Shown here piece after piece: positions 22,300-34,885 of a stretch of DNA of 64,000 bases. Below the pieces are notes generated by a model. That model had not been told where the DNA came from. It did no database searches and saw nothing but the letters and a program-made list of their open reading frames with translations. The DNA is taken from NCBI RefSeq assembly GCF_003790525.1, contig NZ_CP033635.1. The stretch is one strand, 5' to 3'. How positions within the stretch are numbered: the stretch's first letter is position 1; the number at the start of each line of letters is the position of its first letter. The stretch comes from Escherichia coli (GTDB taxonomy: Bacteria > Pseudomonadota > Gammaproteobacteria > Enterobacterales > Enterobacteriaceae). A program made the translations under genes and the position numbers.

Positions 22300-23277
22300 A
22301 TGATTTTTACGTCAAGTTGCTGCGATAATTTATCAATAGAAAAGATTGTTAAACGTGCTGAAAAAGGCGATAGCGAGGCTCAATATATTGTTGGGTTTTA
22401 TTATAATCGCGATAGCGCAATTGACTCTCCGGACGACGAAAAAGCCTTCTACTGGCTGAAGCTTGCCGCTGAACAAGGCCATTGTGAAGCACAATATTCC
22501 TTAGGGCGGAAATACTCCGAGGATAAAAGCCGTCATAAAGATAATGAGCAAGCCATCTTTTGGCTGAAAAAAGCTGCCCTACAAGGCCATACTTTCGCTT
22601 CCAACGCCCTTGGCTGGATACTGGATCGTGGAGAAGACCCCAACTATAAAGAAGCGGTTGCCTGGTATCAGATAGCCGCGGAGAGCGGAATGCCTTATGC
22701 GCAAAATAATCTTGGATGGATGTACAGAAATGGTAACGGAGTCGCACAAGACTATGCGCTGGCATTTTTCTGGTACAAACAAGCTGCATTACAAGGCCAT
22801 AGTTACGCGCAAGACAACCTGGCCGATCTCTATAAAGACGGAGAAGGCGTTGCTCAAAACAAGACACTCGCCGCATTCTGGTATTTGAAAAGCGCACAGC
22901 AGGGTAATCGGCATGCCCAGTTTCAAATTGCATGGGATTATAACGCTGGCGAAGGGGTGGACCAGGACTATAAGCAAGCGATGTACTGGTATCTGAAGGC
23001 TGCCGCTCAGGAAAGCGTCGGCGCTTACGTCAACATCGGTTATATGTATAAACATGGACAAGGCGTTGAGAAAGATTATCAGGCCGCCTTTGAATGGTTT
23101 ATGAAAGCCGCTGAATGCAATGACGCCACTGCCTGGTATAACCTGGCCATTATGTATCACTACGGAGAAGGAAGACCTGTCGATCTCCGACAGGCTCTCG
23201 ACCTGTATCGTAAAGTTCAGGCATCCGGTACCAGGGATGTCAGTCAAGAAATCCGTGAGATTGAAGATTTACTGTAA
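22300..23277 (+). CDS. ybeQ: Sel1-repeat protein, 325 aa
   Basis: seven or more Sel1-like repeats; start at ATG 22300 with AAGGA 7 nt upstream (alternative ATG at 22294). Confidence 0.88.
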   Translation: MIFTSSCCDNLSIEKIVKRAEKGDSEAQYIVGFYYNRDSAIDSPDDEKAFYWLKLAAEQGHCEAQYSLGRKYSEDKSRHKDNEQAIFWLKKAALQGHTFASNALGWILDRGEDPNYKEAVAWYQIAAESGMPYAQNNLGWMYRNGNGVAQDYALAFFWYKQAALQGHSYAQDNLADLYKDGEGVAQNKTLAAFWYLKSAQQGNRHAQFQIAWDYNAGEGVDQDYKQAMYWYLKAAAQESVGAYVNIGYMYKHGQGVEKDYQAAFEWFMKAAECNDATAWYNLAIMYHYGEGRPVDLRQALDLYRKVQASGTRDVSQEIREIEDLL

Positions 23278-23347
23278 GAGATAAAAACAAGGGCCGGGGA
23301 ATTTTATTCGGCCCATATTCTCTTTATTGCTGTGCGAAATCAGACCA

Positions 23348-23830
23348 TTAAGGCTCGAACGGGCGTCTCTGGAACTGGTCATGACCACATTTCGGGCATA
23401 GCGTCAGCACTTCCGGTGTGTAGATTGGGAGATGGAAATGACATTTCTCGCAGACCAGATTTCCCAGCCCTACCACTTCTCCGCTGTGATAAACCCCATG
23501 ATGATTGAGGTCCTGGAAAACTTCGCGCCATTCAAGCTGCGTTTTATCGGTGATGTCTGCCAGCTCCTGCCATAAGCTTTCTTTAATCACCCGCATAAAG
23601 ACGCTGTCAGATTCTTCTTTCAGGCTCTCTTCATAGCTCATGGCGAACTCTTCCAGGTCACGTCTGACAGCTCGCGTCAGCTCATCGACCTCGGTTCGCG
23701 TTAACTCCCCTGTTTTTATTACGCGCTCGCGCGCCTGCTCCACCAGTGCGTCGATATCACGTTCCCCATTACGCAGGCGTTCGCTCAGTGACGCGACCAG
23801 TTCACGGTAATATTGAGCAACCTTGTTCAT
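23348..23830 (-). CDS. ybeL: DUF1451 protein with C-terminal CxxC...CxxC zinc-ribbon, 160 aa
   Basis: translation matches recalled YbeL; CEKCHF...CPKCGH motif. Confidence 0.88.
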   Translation of the reverse strand: MNKVAQYYRELVASLSERLRNGERDIDALVEQARERVIKTGELTRTEVDELTRAVRRDLEEFAMSYEESLKEESDSVFMRVIKESLWQELADITDKTQLEWREVFQDLNHHGVYHSGEVVGLGNLVCEKCHFHLPIYTPEVLTLCPKCGHDQFQRRPFEP

Positions 23831-24064
23831 CGTTTCATCTCCCGGGTCGTTAACTGACTATAATAATAGACGTTCTTTGTTCCTTGCTTTGCTAATACGC
23901 CCACAAACTCTGTAAATTAATGTATGAATAATCCGGGCATCATTTCAACGTCGAGTGCGCGAAAGGCTGTTTTGACGCGGACGTTTGGGCTATGCTATGC
24001 GGATCTGAAAAACCACCTCAACGCTACATTTGTAGCCGTATTGAAAACAGGACCACTGGCTGCC

Positions 24065-26647
24065 ATGCAAGAGCAATACCGCCCGGAAGAGATAGAATCC
24101 AAAGTACAGCTTCATTGGGATGAGAAGCGCACATTTGAAGTAACCGAAGACGAGAGCAAAGAGAAGTATTACTGCCTGTCTATGCTTCCCTATCCTTCTG
24201 GTCGACTACACATGGGCCACGTACGTAACTACACCATCGGTGACGTGATCGCCCGCTACCAGCGTATGCTGGGCAAAAACGTCCTGCAGCCGATCGGCTG
24301 GGACGCGTTTGGTCTGCCTGCGGAAGGCGCGGCGGTGAAAAACAACACCGCTCCGGCACCGTGGACGTACGACAACATCGCATACATGAAAAACCAGCTC
24401 AAAATGCTGGGCTTTGGTTATGACTGGAGCCGCGAGCTGGCAACCTGTACGCCGGAATACTACCGTTGGGAACAGAAATTCTTCACCGAGCTGTATAAAA
24501 AAGGCCTGGTATATAAAAAGACTTCTGCGGTCAACTGGTGCCCGAACGACCAGACCGTACTGGCGAACGAACAAGTTATCGACGGCTGCTGCTGGCGCTG
24601 CGATACCAAAGTTGAACGTAAAGAGATCCCGCAGTGGTTTATCAAAATCACCGCTTACGCTGACGAGCTGCTTAACGATCTGGATAAACTGGATCACTGG
24701 CCAGACACCGTTAAAACCATGCAGCGTAACTGGATCGGTCGTTCCGAAGGCGTGGAAATCACCTTCAACGTTAACGACTATGACAACACGCTGACCGTTT
24801 ACACTACCCGTCCGGACACCTTTATGGGTTGTAGCTACCTGGCGGTAGCGGCGGGTCATCCGCTGGCGCAGAAAGCGGCGGAAAATAATCCTGAACTGGC
24901 GGCCTTTATTGACGAATGCCGTAACACCAAAGTTGCCGAAGCTGAAATGGCAACGATGGAGAAAAAAGGCGTCGATACTGGCTTTAAAGCGGTTCACCCA
25001 TTAACGGGCGAAGAAATTCCCGTTTGGGCAGCAAACTTCGTATTGATGGAGTACGGCACGGGCGCAGTTATGGCGGTTCCGGGTCACGACCAGCGCGACT
25101 ACGAGTTTGCCTCTAAATACGGCCTGAACATCAAACCGGTTATCCTGGCAGCTGACGGCTCTGAGCCAGATCTTTCTCAGCAAGCCCTGACTGAAAAAGG
25201 CGTTCTGTTCAACTCTGGCGAGTTCAACGGTCTTGACCATGAAGCGGCCTTCAACGCCATCGCCGATAAACTGACTGCGATGGGCGTTGGCGAGCGTAAA
25301 GTGAACTACCGCCTGCGCGACTGGGGTGTTTCCCGTCAACGTTACTGGGGCGCGCCAATTCCGATGGTAACGCTGGAAGACGGCACTGTGATGCCGACCC
25401 CGGACGACCAGCTGCCGGTGATCCTGCCGGAAGATGTGGTGATGGACGGTATTACCAGCCCGATTAAAGCAGATCCGGAGTGGGCAAAAACTACCGTTAA
25501 CGGTATGCCAGCGCTGCGTGAAACCGACACTTTCGACACCTTTATGGAGTCCTCCTGGTACTATGCGCGCTACACTTGCCCGGAGTACAAAGAAGGTATG
25601 CTGGATTCCAAAGCGGCTAACTACTGGCTGCCGGTGGATATCTACATTGGTGGTATCGAACACGCCATTATGCACCTGCTCTACTTCCGCTTCTTCCACA
25701 AACTGATGCGTGATGCAGGCATGGTGAACTCTGACGAACCAGCGAAACAGTTGCTGTGTCAGGGTATGGTGCTGGCAGATGCCTTCTACTATGTTGGCGA
25801 AAACGGCGAACGTAACTGGGTTTCCCCGGTTGATGCTATCGTTGAACGTGACGAGAAAGGCCGTATCGTGAAAGCGAAAGACGCGGCAGGTCATGAACTG
25901 GTTTATACCGGCATGAGCAAAATGTCCAAGTCGAAGAACAACGGTATCGACCCGCAGGTGATGGTTGAACGTTACGGCGCGGACACCGTTCGTCTGTTTA
26001 TGATGTTTGCTTCTCCGGCGGATATGACTCTCGAATGGCAGGAATCCGGCGTGGAAGGGGCTAACCGCTTCCTGAAACGTGTCTGGAAACTGGTGTACGA
26101 GCACACAGCAAAAGGTGATGTTGCGGCACTGAACGTTGATGCGCTGACTGAAGATCAGAAAGCGCTGCGTCGCGATGTGCATAAAACTATCGCTAAAGTG
26201 ACCGATGATATCGGCCGTCGTCAGACCTTCAACACCGCTATTGCGGCGATTATGGAGCTGATGAACAAACTGGCGAAAGCACCGACCGATAGCGAGCAGG
26301 ATCGCGCCCTGATGCAGGAAGCGCTGCTGGCGGTAATCCGTATGCTTAACCCGTTCACCCCACACATCTGCTTCACGCTGTGGCAGGAACTGAAAGGCGA
26401 AGGCGATATCGACAACGCGCCGTGGCCGGTTGCTGACGAAAAAGCGATGGTGGAAGACTCCACGCTGGTCGTGGTGCAGGTTAACGGTAAAGTCCGTGCA
26501 AAAATCACCGTTCCGGTGGACGCAACGGAAGAACAGGTTCGCGAACGTGCTGGCCAGGAACATCTGGTAGCAAAATATCTTGATGGCGTTACTGTACGTA
26601 AAGTGATTTACGTACCAGGTAAACTCCTCAATCTGGTCGTTGGCTAA
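24065..26647 (+). CDS. leuS: leucyl-tRNA synthetase, 860 aa
   Basis: class I HMGH motif ([15 protein letters not shown]) and KMSKS; start [11 protein letters not shown] at 24065; ORF-track start 23924 is an upstream extension. Confidence 0.96.
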   Translation: MQEQYRPEEIESKVQLHWDEKRTFEVTEDESKEKYYCLSMLPYPSGRLHMGHVRNYTIGDVIARYQRMLGKNVLQPIGWDAFGLPAEGAAVKNNTAPAPWTYDNIAYMKNQLKMLGFGYDWSRELATCTPEYYRWEQKFFTELYKKGLVYKKTSAVNWCPNDQTVLANEQVIDGCCWRCDTKVERKEIPQWFIKITAYADELLNDLDKLDHWPDTVKTMQRNWIGRSEGVEITFNVNDYDNTLTVYTTRPDTFMGCSYLAVAAGHPLAQKAAENNPELAAFIDECRNTKVAEAEMATMEKKGVDTGFKAVHPLTGEEIPVWAANFVLMEYGTGAVMAVPGHDQRDYEFASKYGLNIKPVILAADGSEPDLSQQALTEKGVLFNSGEFNGLDHEAAFNAIADKLTAMGVGERKVNYRLRDWGVSRQRYWGAPIPMVTLEDGTVMPTPDDQLPVILPEDVVMDGITSPIKADPEWAKTTVNGMPALRETDTFDTFMESSWYYARYTCPEYKEGMLDSKAANYWLPVDIYIGGIEHAIMHLLYFRFFHKLMRDAGMVNSDEPAKQLLCQGMVLADAFYYVGENGERNWVSPVDAIVERDEKGRIVKAKDAAGHELVYTGMSKMSKSKNNGIDPQVMVERYGADTVRLFMMFASPADMTLEWQESGVEGANRFLKRVWKLVYEHTAKGDVAALNVDALTEDQKALRRDVHKTIAKVTDDIGRRQTFNTAIAAIMELMNKLAKAPTDSEQDRALMQEALLAVIRMLNPFTPHICFTLWQELKGEGDIDNAPWPVADEKAMVEDSTLVVVQVNGKVRAKITVPVDATEEQVRERAGQEHLVAKYLDGVTVRKVIYVPGKLLNLVVG

Positions 26648-26661
26648 GCGCGGGAGGAAGC

Positions 26662-27243
26662 GTGCGATATCTGGCAACATTGTTGTTATCTCTGGCGGTG
26701 TTAATCACCGCCGGGTGTGGCTGGCATCTGCGTGATACCACGCAGGTTCCTTCCACTATGAAGGTCATGATCCTGGACTCAGGCGATCCGAACGGGCCAT
26801 TAAGCCGTGCGGTGCGTAATCAGTTACGTCTGAATGGTGTCGAGTTGCTTGATAAAGAAACCACGCGTAAGGACGTTCCATCCCTGCGTTTGGGTAAAGT
26901 GAGCATCGCGAAAGATACCGCATCGGTATTCCGTAACGGTCAAACAGCAGAGTATCAGATGATCATGACGGTGAATGCGACCGTGTTGATCCCCGGCCGT
27001 GATATCTACCCGATTAGCGCCAAAGTCTTCCGTTCGTTCTTCGATAACCCGCAAATGGCGTTAGCGAAAGATAACGAACAAGACATGATCGTAAAAGAGA
27101 TGTACGACCGTGCTGCCGAACAGCTGATTCGTAAGCTGCCAAGCATCCGTGCTGCGGATATTCGTTCCGACGAAGAACAGACGTCGACCACAACGGATAC
27201 TCCGGCAACGCCTGCACGCGTCTCCACCACGCTGGGTAACTGA
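26662..27243 (+). CDS. lptE: LPS assembly lipoprotein LptE, 193 aa, GTG start
   Basis: GTG at 26662 after GGGAGG; lipobox LITAGC. Confidence 0.93.
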
Positions 27244-28274
27244 TGATTCGGTTGTACCCGGAACAACTCCGCGCGCAGCTCAATGAAGGGCTGCGCGCGG
27301 CGTATCTTTTACTTGGTAACGATCCTCTGTTATTGCAGGAAAGCCAGGACGCTGTTCGTCAGGTCGCTGCGGCACAAGGATTCGAAGAACACCACACTTT
27401 TTCCATTGATCCCAACACTGACTGGAATGCGATCTTTTCGTTATGCCAGGCTATGAGTCTGTTTGCCAGTCGACAAACGCTATTGCTGTTGTTACCAGAA
27501 AACGGACCGAATGCGGCGATCAATGAACAACTTCTCACACTCACCGGACTTCTGCATGACGACCTGCTGTTGATCGTCCGCGGTAATAAATTAAGCAAAG
27601 CGCAAGAAAATGCCGCCTGGTTTACTGCTCTTGCGAATCGCAGCGTGCAGGTGACCTGTCAGACACCGGAGCAGGCTCAGCTTCCCCGCTGGGTTGCTGC
27701 GCGTGCAAAACAGCTCAACTTAGAACTGGATGACGCTGCAAATCAGGTGCTCTGCTACTGTTATGAAGGTAACCTGCTGGCGCTGGCCCAGGCACTGGAG
27801 CGTTTATCGCTGCTCTGGCCAGACGGCAAACTGACATTACCGCGCGTTGAACAGGCGGTGAATGATGCCGCGCATTTCACCCCTTTTCATTGGGTTGATG
27901 CTTTGTTGATGGGAAAAAGTAAGCGCGCGTTGCATATTCTTCAGCAACTGCGTCTGGAAGGCAGCGAACCGGTTATTTTGTTGCGCACATTACAACGTGA
28001 ACTGTTGTTACTGGTTAACCTGAAACGCCAGTCTGCCCATATGCCACTGCGTGCATTGTTTGATAAGCATCGGGTATGGCAGAACCGCCGGGGCATGATG
28101 GGCGAGGCGTTAAATCGCTTAAGCCAGCCGCAGTTACGTCAGGCCGTGCAACTCCTGACACGAACGGAACTCACCCTCAAACAAGATTACGGTCAGTCAG
28201 TGTGGGCAGAGCTGGAAGGGTTATCTCTTCTGTTGTGCCATAAACCCCTGGCGGACGTATTTATCGACGGTTGA
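27243..28274 (+). CDS. holA: DNA polymerase III delta subunit, 343 aa
   Basis: TGATG overlap with lptE; matches recalled HolA. Confidence 0.93.
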
Positions 28275-28275
28275 T

Positions 28276-28917
28276 ATGAAATCTTTACAGGCTCTGTTTG
28301 GCGGCACCTTTGATCCGGTGCACTATGGTCATCTTAAACCCGTGGAAACGCTGGCGAATTTGATTGGTCTGACGCGGGTCACAATCATCCCTAATAATGT
28401 TCCTCCGCATCGTCCCCAGCCGGAAGCGAACAGCGTGCAGCGTAAACACATGCTTGAACTGGCGATTGCCGACAAGCCATTATTTACTCTTGATGAACGC
28501 GAGCTAAAGCGCAATGCCCCCTCTTACACTGCGCAAACACTGAAAGAGTGGCGGCAGGAACAAGGACCGGACGTGCCGCTGGCGTTTATTATTGGTCAGG
28601 ATTCATTGCTGACCTTTCCGACCTGGTACGAATACGAAACGATACTCGACAATGCACATTTGATCGTCTGTCGGCGTCCAGGTTACCCACTTGAAATGGC
28701 GCAACCGCAATACCAGCAATGGCTGGAAGATCATTTGACACATAACCCGGAAGATCTTCACCTTCAGCCTGCCGGTAAAATTTATCTGGCTGAAACGCCG
28801 TGGTTTAACATCTCGGCGACCATCATCCGCGAACGTTTGCAAAACGGTGAATCGTGTGAGGATTTATTGCCGGAACCGGTACTGACTTACATTAACCAAC
28901 AAGGCTTGTATCGCTGA
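28276..28917 (+). CDS. nadD: nicotinate-mononucleotide adenylyltransferase, 213 aa
   Basis: nucleotidyltransferase motif [11 protein letters not shown]. Confidence 0.95.
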
Positions 28918-28940
28918 TACCTGTCGTTACGGAGGGCATG

Positions 28941-29552
28941 ATGCGACTGTGGTTAATTCGTCATGGCGAAACGCAAGCGAATGTCGATGGTCTGTACAGC
29001 GGTCATGCGCCCACTCCCCTGACCGCACGCGGTATTGAGCAAGCGCAAAATCTGCATACGCTGCTACATGATGTTTCCTTTGACCTGGTTTTATGCAGTG
29101 AACTGGAACGGGCACAGCATACCGCGCGACGGGTTCTCAGTGATCGCCAGCTCCCCGTGCAAATCATCCCTGAACTCAACGAAATGTTTTTTGGCGACTG
29201 GGAGATGCGACATCATCGCGACCTCATGCAAGAAGATGCCGAAAACTATAGCGCGTGGTGCAATGACTGGCAGCATGCTATCCCCACGAACGGTGAAGGA
29301 TTTCAGGCATTTTCACAACGTGTGGAACGGTTTATCGCAAGGCTTAGTGAATTTCAGCACTATCAGAATATTTTAGTCGTCAGCCATCAGGGTGTACTGA
29401 GTCTGTTAATCGCTCGTTTAATTGGCATGCCTGCCGAGGCTATGTGGCATTTTCGCGTTGATCAAGGGTGTTGGAGCGCCATTGATATCAACCAAAAATT
29501 CGCGACGCTACGCGTCCTCAATAGCCGTGCCATCGGGGTCGAGAATGCATGA
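28941..29552 (+). CDS. cobC: histidine-phosphatase family enzyme (alpha-ribazole phosphatase), 203 aa
   Basis: RHG catalytic motif LIRHGETQAN; an in-frame ATG also exists one codon upstream (28938). Confidence 0.9.
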   Translation: MRLWLIRHGETQANVDGLYSGHAPTPLTARGIEQAQNLHTLLHDVSFDLVLCSELERAQHTARRVLSDRQLPVQIIPELNEMFFGDWEMRHHRDLMQEDAENYSAWCNDWQHAIPTNGEGFQAFSQRVERFIARLSEFQHYQNILVVSHQGVLSLLIARLIGMPAEAMWHFRVDQGCWSAIDINQKFATLRVLNSRAIGVENA

Positions 29553-29793
29553 CTTTTCTGTTTTTTTACGGGTAAGCCGCAACGACCATTGACAGCCCCG
29601 GGCAGGCTGATATTCTCCGCAGCCAGACTTTTTCCGCCAGACACGACTTTGTAGAAATTGTTTTACAAAAATGGCGATGCAATCTGCGGCGCGGGGTGGG
29701 ATGATAGCCCACTTTCGAAAGCCGATTCGGCGACAATTGTCCCGAAATCGCCTCTGGTTCAGGTATACTGACAGACCATTTTTATCTATTTGA

Positions 29794-30129
<336 letters not shown>

Positions 30130-30132
30130 TGC

Positions 30133-30600
30133 GTGAAGCTGCAACTTGTCGCCGTGGGAACGAAAATGCCGGACTGGGTACAAACCGGTTTTACCGAGTA
30201 CCTGCGTCGTTTTCCGAAAGATATGCCCTTCGAGCTGATTGAAATTCCGGCCGGAAAACGCGGCAAGAATGCGGACATCAAGCGCATACTCGACAAAGAG
30301 GGTGAGCAGATGTTGGCGGCCGCAGGCAAAAACCGCATTGTCACCCTCGATATTCCAGGCAAGCCCTGGGATACGCCGCAGTTAGCCGCTGAGCTGGAAC
30401 GCTGGAAGCTGGATGGTCGCGACGTCAGTCTACTGATTGGCGGGCCTGAAGGGTTGTCGCCTGCCTGTAAAGCGGCGGCTGAGCAGAGCTGGTCGCTGTC
30501 GGCGCTTACCCTCCCCCATCCGCTGGTTCGCGTGCTGGTCGCAGAGAGTCTGTACCGGGCGTGGAGCATCACCACCAACCATCCTTATCACCGTGAGTGA
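30133..30600 (+). CDS. rlmH: 23S rRNA (pseudouridine1915-N3) methyltransferase, 155 aa, GTG start
   Basis: SPOUT-family sequence; matches recalled RlmH. Confidence 0.92.
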
Positions 30601-30630
30601 TAAGGGAGCCTTGAGTAGAAAACGCAGCGG

Positions 30631-32532
30631 ATGAAACTACAGAACTCTTTTCGCGACTATACGGCAGAGTCCGCGCTGTTTGTGCGCCGGGCGCTGGTCG
30701 CCTTTTTGGGGATTTTGCTGCTGACCGGCGTGCTTATCGCCAACCTGTATAATCTGCAAATTGTTCGCTTTACCGACTACCAGACCCGCTCTAATGAAAA
30801 CCGCATTAAGCTGGTGCCTATCGCACCCAGCCGCGGCATTATCTACGACCGTAACGGTATCCCTCTGGCTCTCAACCGCACTATCTACCAGATAGAAATG
30901 ATGCCGGAGAAAGTCGATAACGTGCAGCAAACGCTGGACGCTTTGCGCAGCGTGGTTGATCTGACCGATGATGATATTGCTGCATTCCGAAAAGAGCGCG
31001 CACGTTCACACCGTTTCACCTCCATTCCGGTGAAAACTAACCTGACCGAAGTACAAGTAGCTCGCTTTGCCGTCAACCAGTACCGTTTTCCGGGTGTTGA
31101 AGTTAAAGGCTATAAACGTCGTTACTATCCTTACGGTTCGGCGTTGACCCACGTCATCGGCTATGTGTCGAAAATCAACGATAAAGACGTCGAACGCCTG
31201 AATAATGACGGCAAACTGGCCAACTATGCGGCAACGCATGATATCGGTAAGCTGGGCATTGAGCGTTACTATGAAGACGTGCTGCACGGTCAGACTGGTT
31301 ATGAAGAGGTTGAAGTTAACAACCGTGGGCGTGTTATCCGCCAGTTAAAAGAAGTACCACCGCAAGCCGGACACGATATTTACCTGACGCTGGATCTCAA
31401 ACTCCAGCAATATATTGAAACGCTGCTGGCGGGTAGCCGCGCAGCTGTGGTAGTCACCGATCCGCGTACAGGTGGGGTGCTGGCGCTGGTTTCCACGCCT
31501 AGTTATGACCCAAACCTGTTTGTTGACGGTATCTCCAGCAAAGATTATTCCGCCTTGCTGAACGACCCGAATACACCGCTGGTGAACCGCGCCACACAAG
31601 GGGTTTATCCTCCCGCGTCTACAGTTAAACCCTATGTGGCGGTTTCGGCATTGAGCGCCGGAGTGATCACGCGCAATACGACGCTGTTTGACCCAGGCTG
31701 GTGGCAACTGCCAGGTTCGGAAAAACGTTATCGTGACTGGAAAAAATGGGGCCACGGGCGTCTGAATGTCACAAGATCGCTGGAAGAATCTGCGGATACC
31801 TTCTTCTATCAGGTGGCCTACGATATGGGAATCGATCGCCTCTCCGAATGGATGGGTAAATTCGGTTATGGTCATTACACCGGTATCGACCTGGCGGAAG
31901 AACGTTCCGGCAACATGCCTACCCGCGAATGGAAACAGAAACGCTTTAAAAAACCGTGGTATCAGGGTGACACCATTCCGGTTGGTATCGGTCAGGGTTA
32001 CTGGACAGCGACCCCAATCCAGATGAGTAAGGCACTGATGATCCTGATTAATGACGGTATCGTGAAGGTTCCGCATTTGCTGATGAGCACCGCCGAAGAC
32101 GGCAAACAGGTGCCATGGGTACAACCGCATGAACCGCCCGTCGGCGATATTCATTCCGGTTACTGGGAGCTGGCAAAAGACGGTATGTACGGTGTTGCTA
32201 ACCGCCCTAACGGTACGGCGCATAAATACTTTGCCAGCGCACCGTACAAAATTGCAGCAAAATCCGGTACGGCTCAGGTCTTCGGCCTGAAAGCGAACGA
32301 AACCTATAATGCGCACAAAATTGCCGAGCGTTTACGTGACCACAAACTGATGACCGCCTTTGCGCCATACAACAATCCGCAAGTGGCTGTCGCCATGATT
32401 CTGGAGAACGGTGGCGCGGGTCCGGCGGTTGGTACGCTGATGCGCCAGATCCTCGACCACATTATGCTGGGTGATAACAACACCGATCTGCCTGCGGAAA
32501 ATCCAGCGGTTGCCGCAGCGGAGGACCATTAA
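30631..32532 (+). CDS. mrdA: penicillin-binding protein 2 (elongasome transpeptidase), 633 aa
   Basis: matches recalled PBP2; transpeptidase STVK motif present. Confidence 0.95.
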   Translation: MKLQNSFRDYTAESALFVRRALVAFLGILLLTGVLIANLYNLQIVRFTDYQTRSNENRIKLVPIAPSRGIIYDRNGIPLALNRTIYQIEMMPEKVDNVQQTLDALRSVVDLTDDDIAAFRKERARSHRFTSIPVKTNLTEVQVARFAVNQYRFPGVEVKGYKRRYYPYGSALTHVIGYVSKINDKDVERLNNDGKLANYAATHDIGKLGIERYYEDVLHGQTGYEEVEVNNRGRVIRQLKEVPPQAGHDIYLTLDLKLQQYIETLLAGSRAAVVVTDPRTGGVLALVSTPSYDPNLFVDGISSKDYSALLNDPNTPLVNRATQGVYPPASTVKPYVAVSALSAGVITRNTTLFDPGWWQLPGSEKRYRDWKKWGHGRLNVTRSLEESADTFFYQVAYDMGIDRLSEWMGKFGYGHYTGIDLAEERSGNMPTREWKQKRFKKPWYQGDTIPVGIGQGYWTATPIQMSKALMILINDGIVKVPHLLMSTAEDGKQVPWVQPHEPPVGDIHSGYWELAKDGMYGVANRPNGTAHKYFASAPYKIAAKSGTAQVFGLKANETYNAHKIAERLRDHKLMTAFAPYNNPQVAVAMILENGGAGPAVGTLMRQILDHIMLGDNNTDLPAENPAVAAAEDH

Positions 32533-32534
32533 TC

Positions 32535-33647
32535 ATGACGGATAATCCGAATAAAAAAACATTCTGGGATAAAGTCCATCTCGATCCCACAATGCTGCTG
32601 ATCTTACTGGCATTGCTGGTTTACAGCGCCCTGGTTATCTGGAGCGCCAGCGGTCAGGATATTGGCATGATGGAGCGTAAAATCGGCCAGATTGCGATGG
32701 GTCTGGTCATCATGGTGGTGATGGCGCAAATTCCTCCACGCGTTTATGAAGGCTGGGCCCCCTATCTCTATATCATCTGTATTATTTTGCTGGTGGCGGT
32801 AGATGCTTTCGGTGCCATCTCTAAAGGCGCTCAACGCTGGCTGGACCTCGGTATTGTTCGTTTTCAACCGTCGGAAATTGCCAAGATAGCCGTACCACTG
32901 ATGGTTGCACGCTTTATCAACCGCGACGTTTGCCCACCTTCATTGAAGAATACAGCTATCGCGCTGGTGCTGATATTTATGCCCACGCTGCTGGTGGCTG
33001 CACAGCCTGACCTGGGAACATCAATCCTCGTTGCGCTTTCCGGCCTGTTTGTACTGTTCCTCTCTGGCCTTAGCTGGCGTCTGATTGGCGTCGCAGTAGT
33101 GCTGGTAGCGGCGTTCATTCCGATTCTGTGGTTCTTCCTGATGCATGATTACCAGCGCCAGCGCGTAATGATGCTCCTGGACCCGGAATCAGACCCACTC
33201 GGCGCGGGCTATCATATTATTCAATCTAAAATTGCTATTGGCTCCGGCGGATTACGCGGCAAAGGCTGGCTGCACGGTACTCAGTCACAGCTTGAATTTC
33301 TCCCCGAACGCCATACCGACTTTATCTTCGCGGTACTGGCGGAAGAGCTGGGATTAGTGGGCATTTTGATTCTGCTCGCTCTTTACATTCTGCTGATCAT
33401 GCGCGGGCTGTGGATAGCCGCCAGAGCGCAAACCACCTTTGGTCGCGTCATGGCTGGCGGCTTAATGCTGATATTATTCGTTTATGTCTTCGTAAATATT
33501 GGTATGGTAAGCGGTATTCTGCCGGTTGTAGGGGTTCCGCTCCCACTGGTCAGTTATGGAGGATCGGCGCTAATTGTGCTGATGGCTGGGTTCGGGATTG
33601 TAATGTCAATCCACACCCACAGGAAAATGTTGTCGAAAAGCGTGTAA
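32535..33647 (+). CDS. mrdB: SEDS-family peptidoglycan polymerase RodA, 370 aa
   Basis: polytopic membrane protein immediately downstream of mrdA. Confidence 0.95.
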   Translation: MTDNPNKKTFWDKVHLDPTMLLILLALLVYSALVIWSASGQDIGMMERKIGQIAMGLVIMVVMAQIPPRVYEGWAPYLYIICIILLVAVDAFGAISKGAQRWLDLGIVRFQPSEIAKIAVPLMVARFINRDVCPPSLKNTAIALVLIFMPTLLVAAQPDLGTSILVALSGLFVLFLSGLSWRLIGVAVVLVAAFIPILWFFLMHDYQRQRVMMLLDPESDPLGAGYHIIQSKIAIGSGGLRGKGWLHGTQSQLEFLPERHTDFIFAVLAEELGLVGILILLALYILLIMRGLWIAARAQTTFGRVMAGGLMLILFVYVFVNIGMVSGILPVVGVPLPLVSYGGSALIVLMAGFGIVMSIHTHRKMLSKSV

Positions 33648-33657
33648 GAGGTGCGCA

Positions 33658-34746
33658 ATGCGTAAGCAGTGGCTCGGGATCTGCATCGCGGCAGGAATGC
33701 TCGCGGCATGTACAAGCGATGATGGTCAGCAACAGACGGTAAGTGTACCGCAGCCTGCGGTATGTAACGGCCCCATAGTTGAAATTAGCGGGGCGGACCC
33801 GCGTTTCGAACCACTGAACGCGACGGCAAATCAGGATTACCAGCGCGACGGTAAAAGCTACAAAATCGTGCAGGATCCGTCTCGATTTAGCCAGGCGGGA
33901 CTGGCGGCAATCTATGATGCCGAACCCGGCAGTAACCTGACGGCCTCTGGCGAAGCTTTCGATCCGACACAGTTGACGGCGGCCCATCCAACGCTTCCGA
34001 TCCCCAGCTACGCCAGAATCACTAACCTGGCTAACGGGCGAATGATCGTGGTGCGCATTAATGATCGCGGTCCTTACGGCAACGACCGCGTTATTTCGCT
34101 TTCTCGCGCGGCAGCTGACCGTCTTAACACGTCAAACAACACCAAAGTTCGTATCGATCCGATTATTGTCGCCCAGGATGGTTCGCTTTCTGGTCCTGGT
34201 ATGGCCTGTACCACAGTTGCCAAACAGACTTACGCCCTGCCTGCACCTCCCGATTTAAGCGGCGGCGCAGGAACAAGTTCAGTGTCTGGCCCGCAGGGTG
34301 ACATTCTTCCGGTCAGTAATTCGACGCTAAAAAGCGAAGATCCGACTGGCGCGCCGGTAACCAGCAGCGGTTTCCTCGGCGCACCAACGACCTTAGCGCC
34401 TGGTGTTCTGGAAGGCAGCGAACCAACGCCTGCACCACAGCCCGTTGTTACAGCTCCGTCGACAACGCCTGCAACCTCGCCTGCAATGGTGACACCGCAA
34501 GCCGCCTCGCAAAGCGCCAGCGGCAACTTTATGGTGCAAGTCGGGGCCGTTAGCGATCAGGCTCGTGCGCAACAGTACCAACAGCAACTGGGACAGAAGT
34601 TCGGCGTCCCCGGTCGCGTAACTCAAAATGGCGCGGTCTGGCGGATCCAGCTTGGCCCATTCGCCAGCAAAGCCGAAGCCAGTACCTTGCAGCAACGTTT
34701 GCAAACCGAAGCCCAATTACAGTCATTTATTACCACCGCGCAGTAG
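33658..34746 (+). CDS. rlpA: septal-ring lytic transglycosylase lipoprotein RlpA (DPBB + SPOR domains), 362 aa
   Basis: lipobox LAAC, Pro/Ala/Thr-rich linker, C-terminal SPOR-like region. Confidence 0.93.
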   Translation: MRKQWLGICIAAGMLAACTSDDGQQQTVSVPQPAVCNGPIVEISGADPRFEPLNATANQDYQRDGKSYKIVQDPSRFSQAGLAAIYDAEPGSNLTASGEAFDPTQLTAAHPTLPIPSYARITNLANGRMIVVRINDRGPYGNDRVISLSRAAADRLNTSNNTKVRIDPIIVAQDGSLSGPGMACTTVAKQTYALPAPPDLSGGAGTSSVSGPQGDILPVSNSTLKSEDPTGAPVTSSGFLGAPTTLAPGVLEGSEPTPAPQPVVTAPSTTPATSPAMVTPQAASQSASGNFMVQVGAVSDQARAQQYQQQLGQKFGVPGRVTQNGAVWRIQLGPFASKAEASTLQQRLQTEAQLQSFITTAQ

Positions 34747-34885
34747 CGTAAAGCAGGCATCTGATGTGTCAATTTCTGTAAATGACGTTAACAAAGTCAC
34801 GCGGAAAGTCAGATGCCTGCCGGTAGTGCATTTGCTATAGTAGGGCACTTTTTTTAATTCCATCACGGATGTCGTAGTTCAGACC

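Noticed and set aside
25001-26680. 559-aa ORF antisense to leuS, with similar long antisense ORFs opposite citF (49457-50851), mrdA (31345-32316), miaB (5244-6155), ahpF (56453-57121) and others
   Set aside because: Each lies entirely inside a well-supported gene on the other strand, has a low-complexity Arg/Val/His-rich translation and no start context; these are typical stop-codon-poor shadows of GC-rich coding strands
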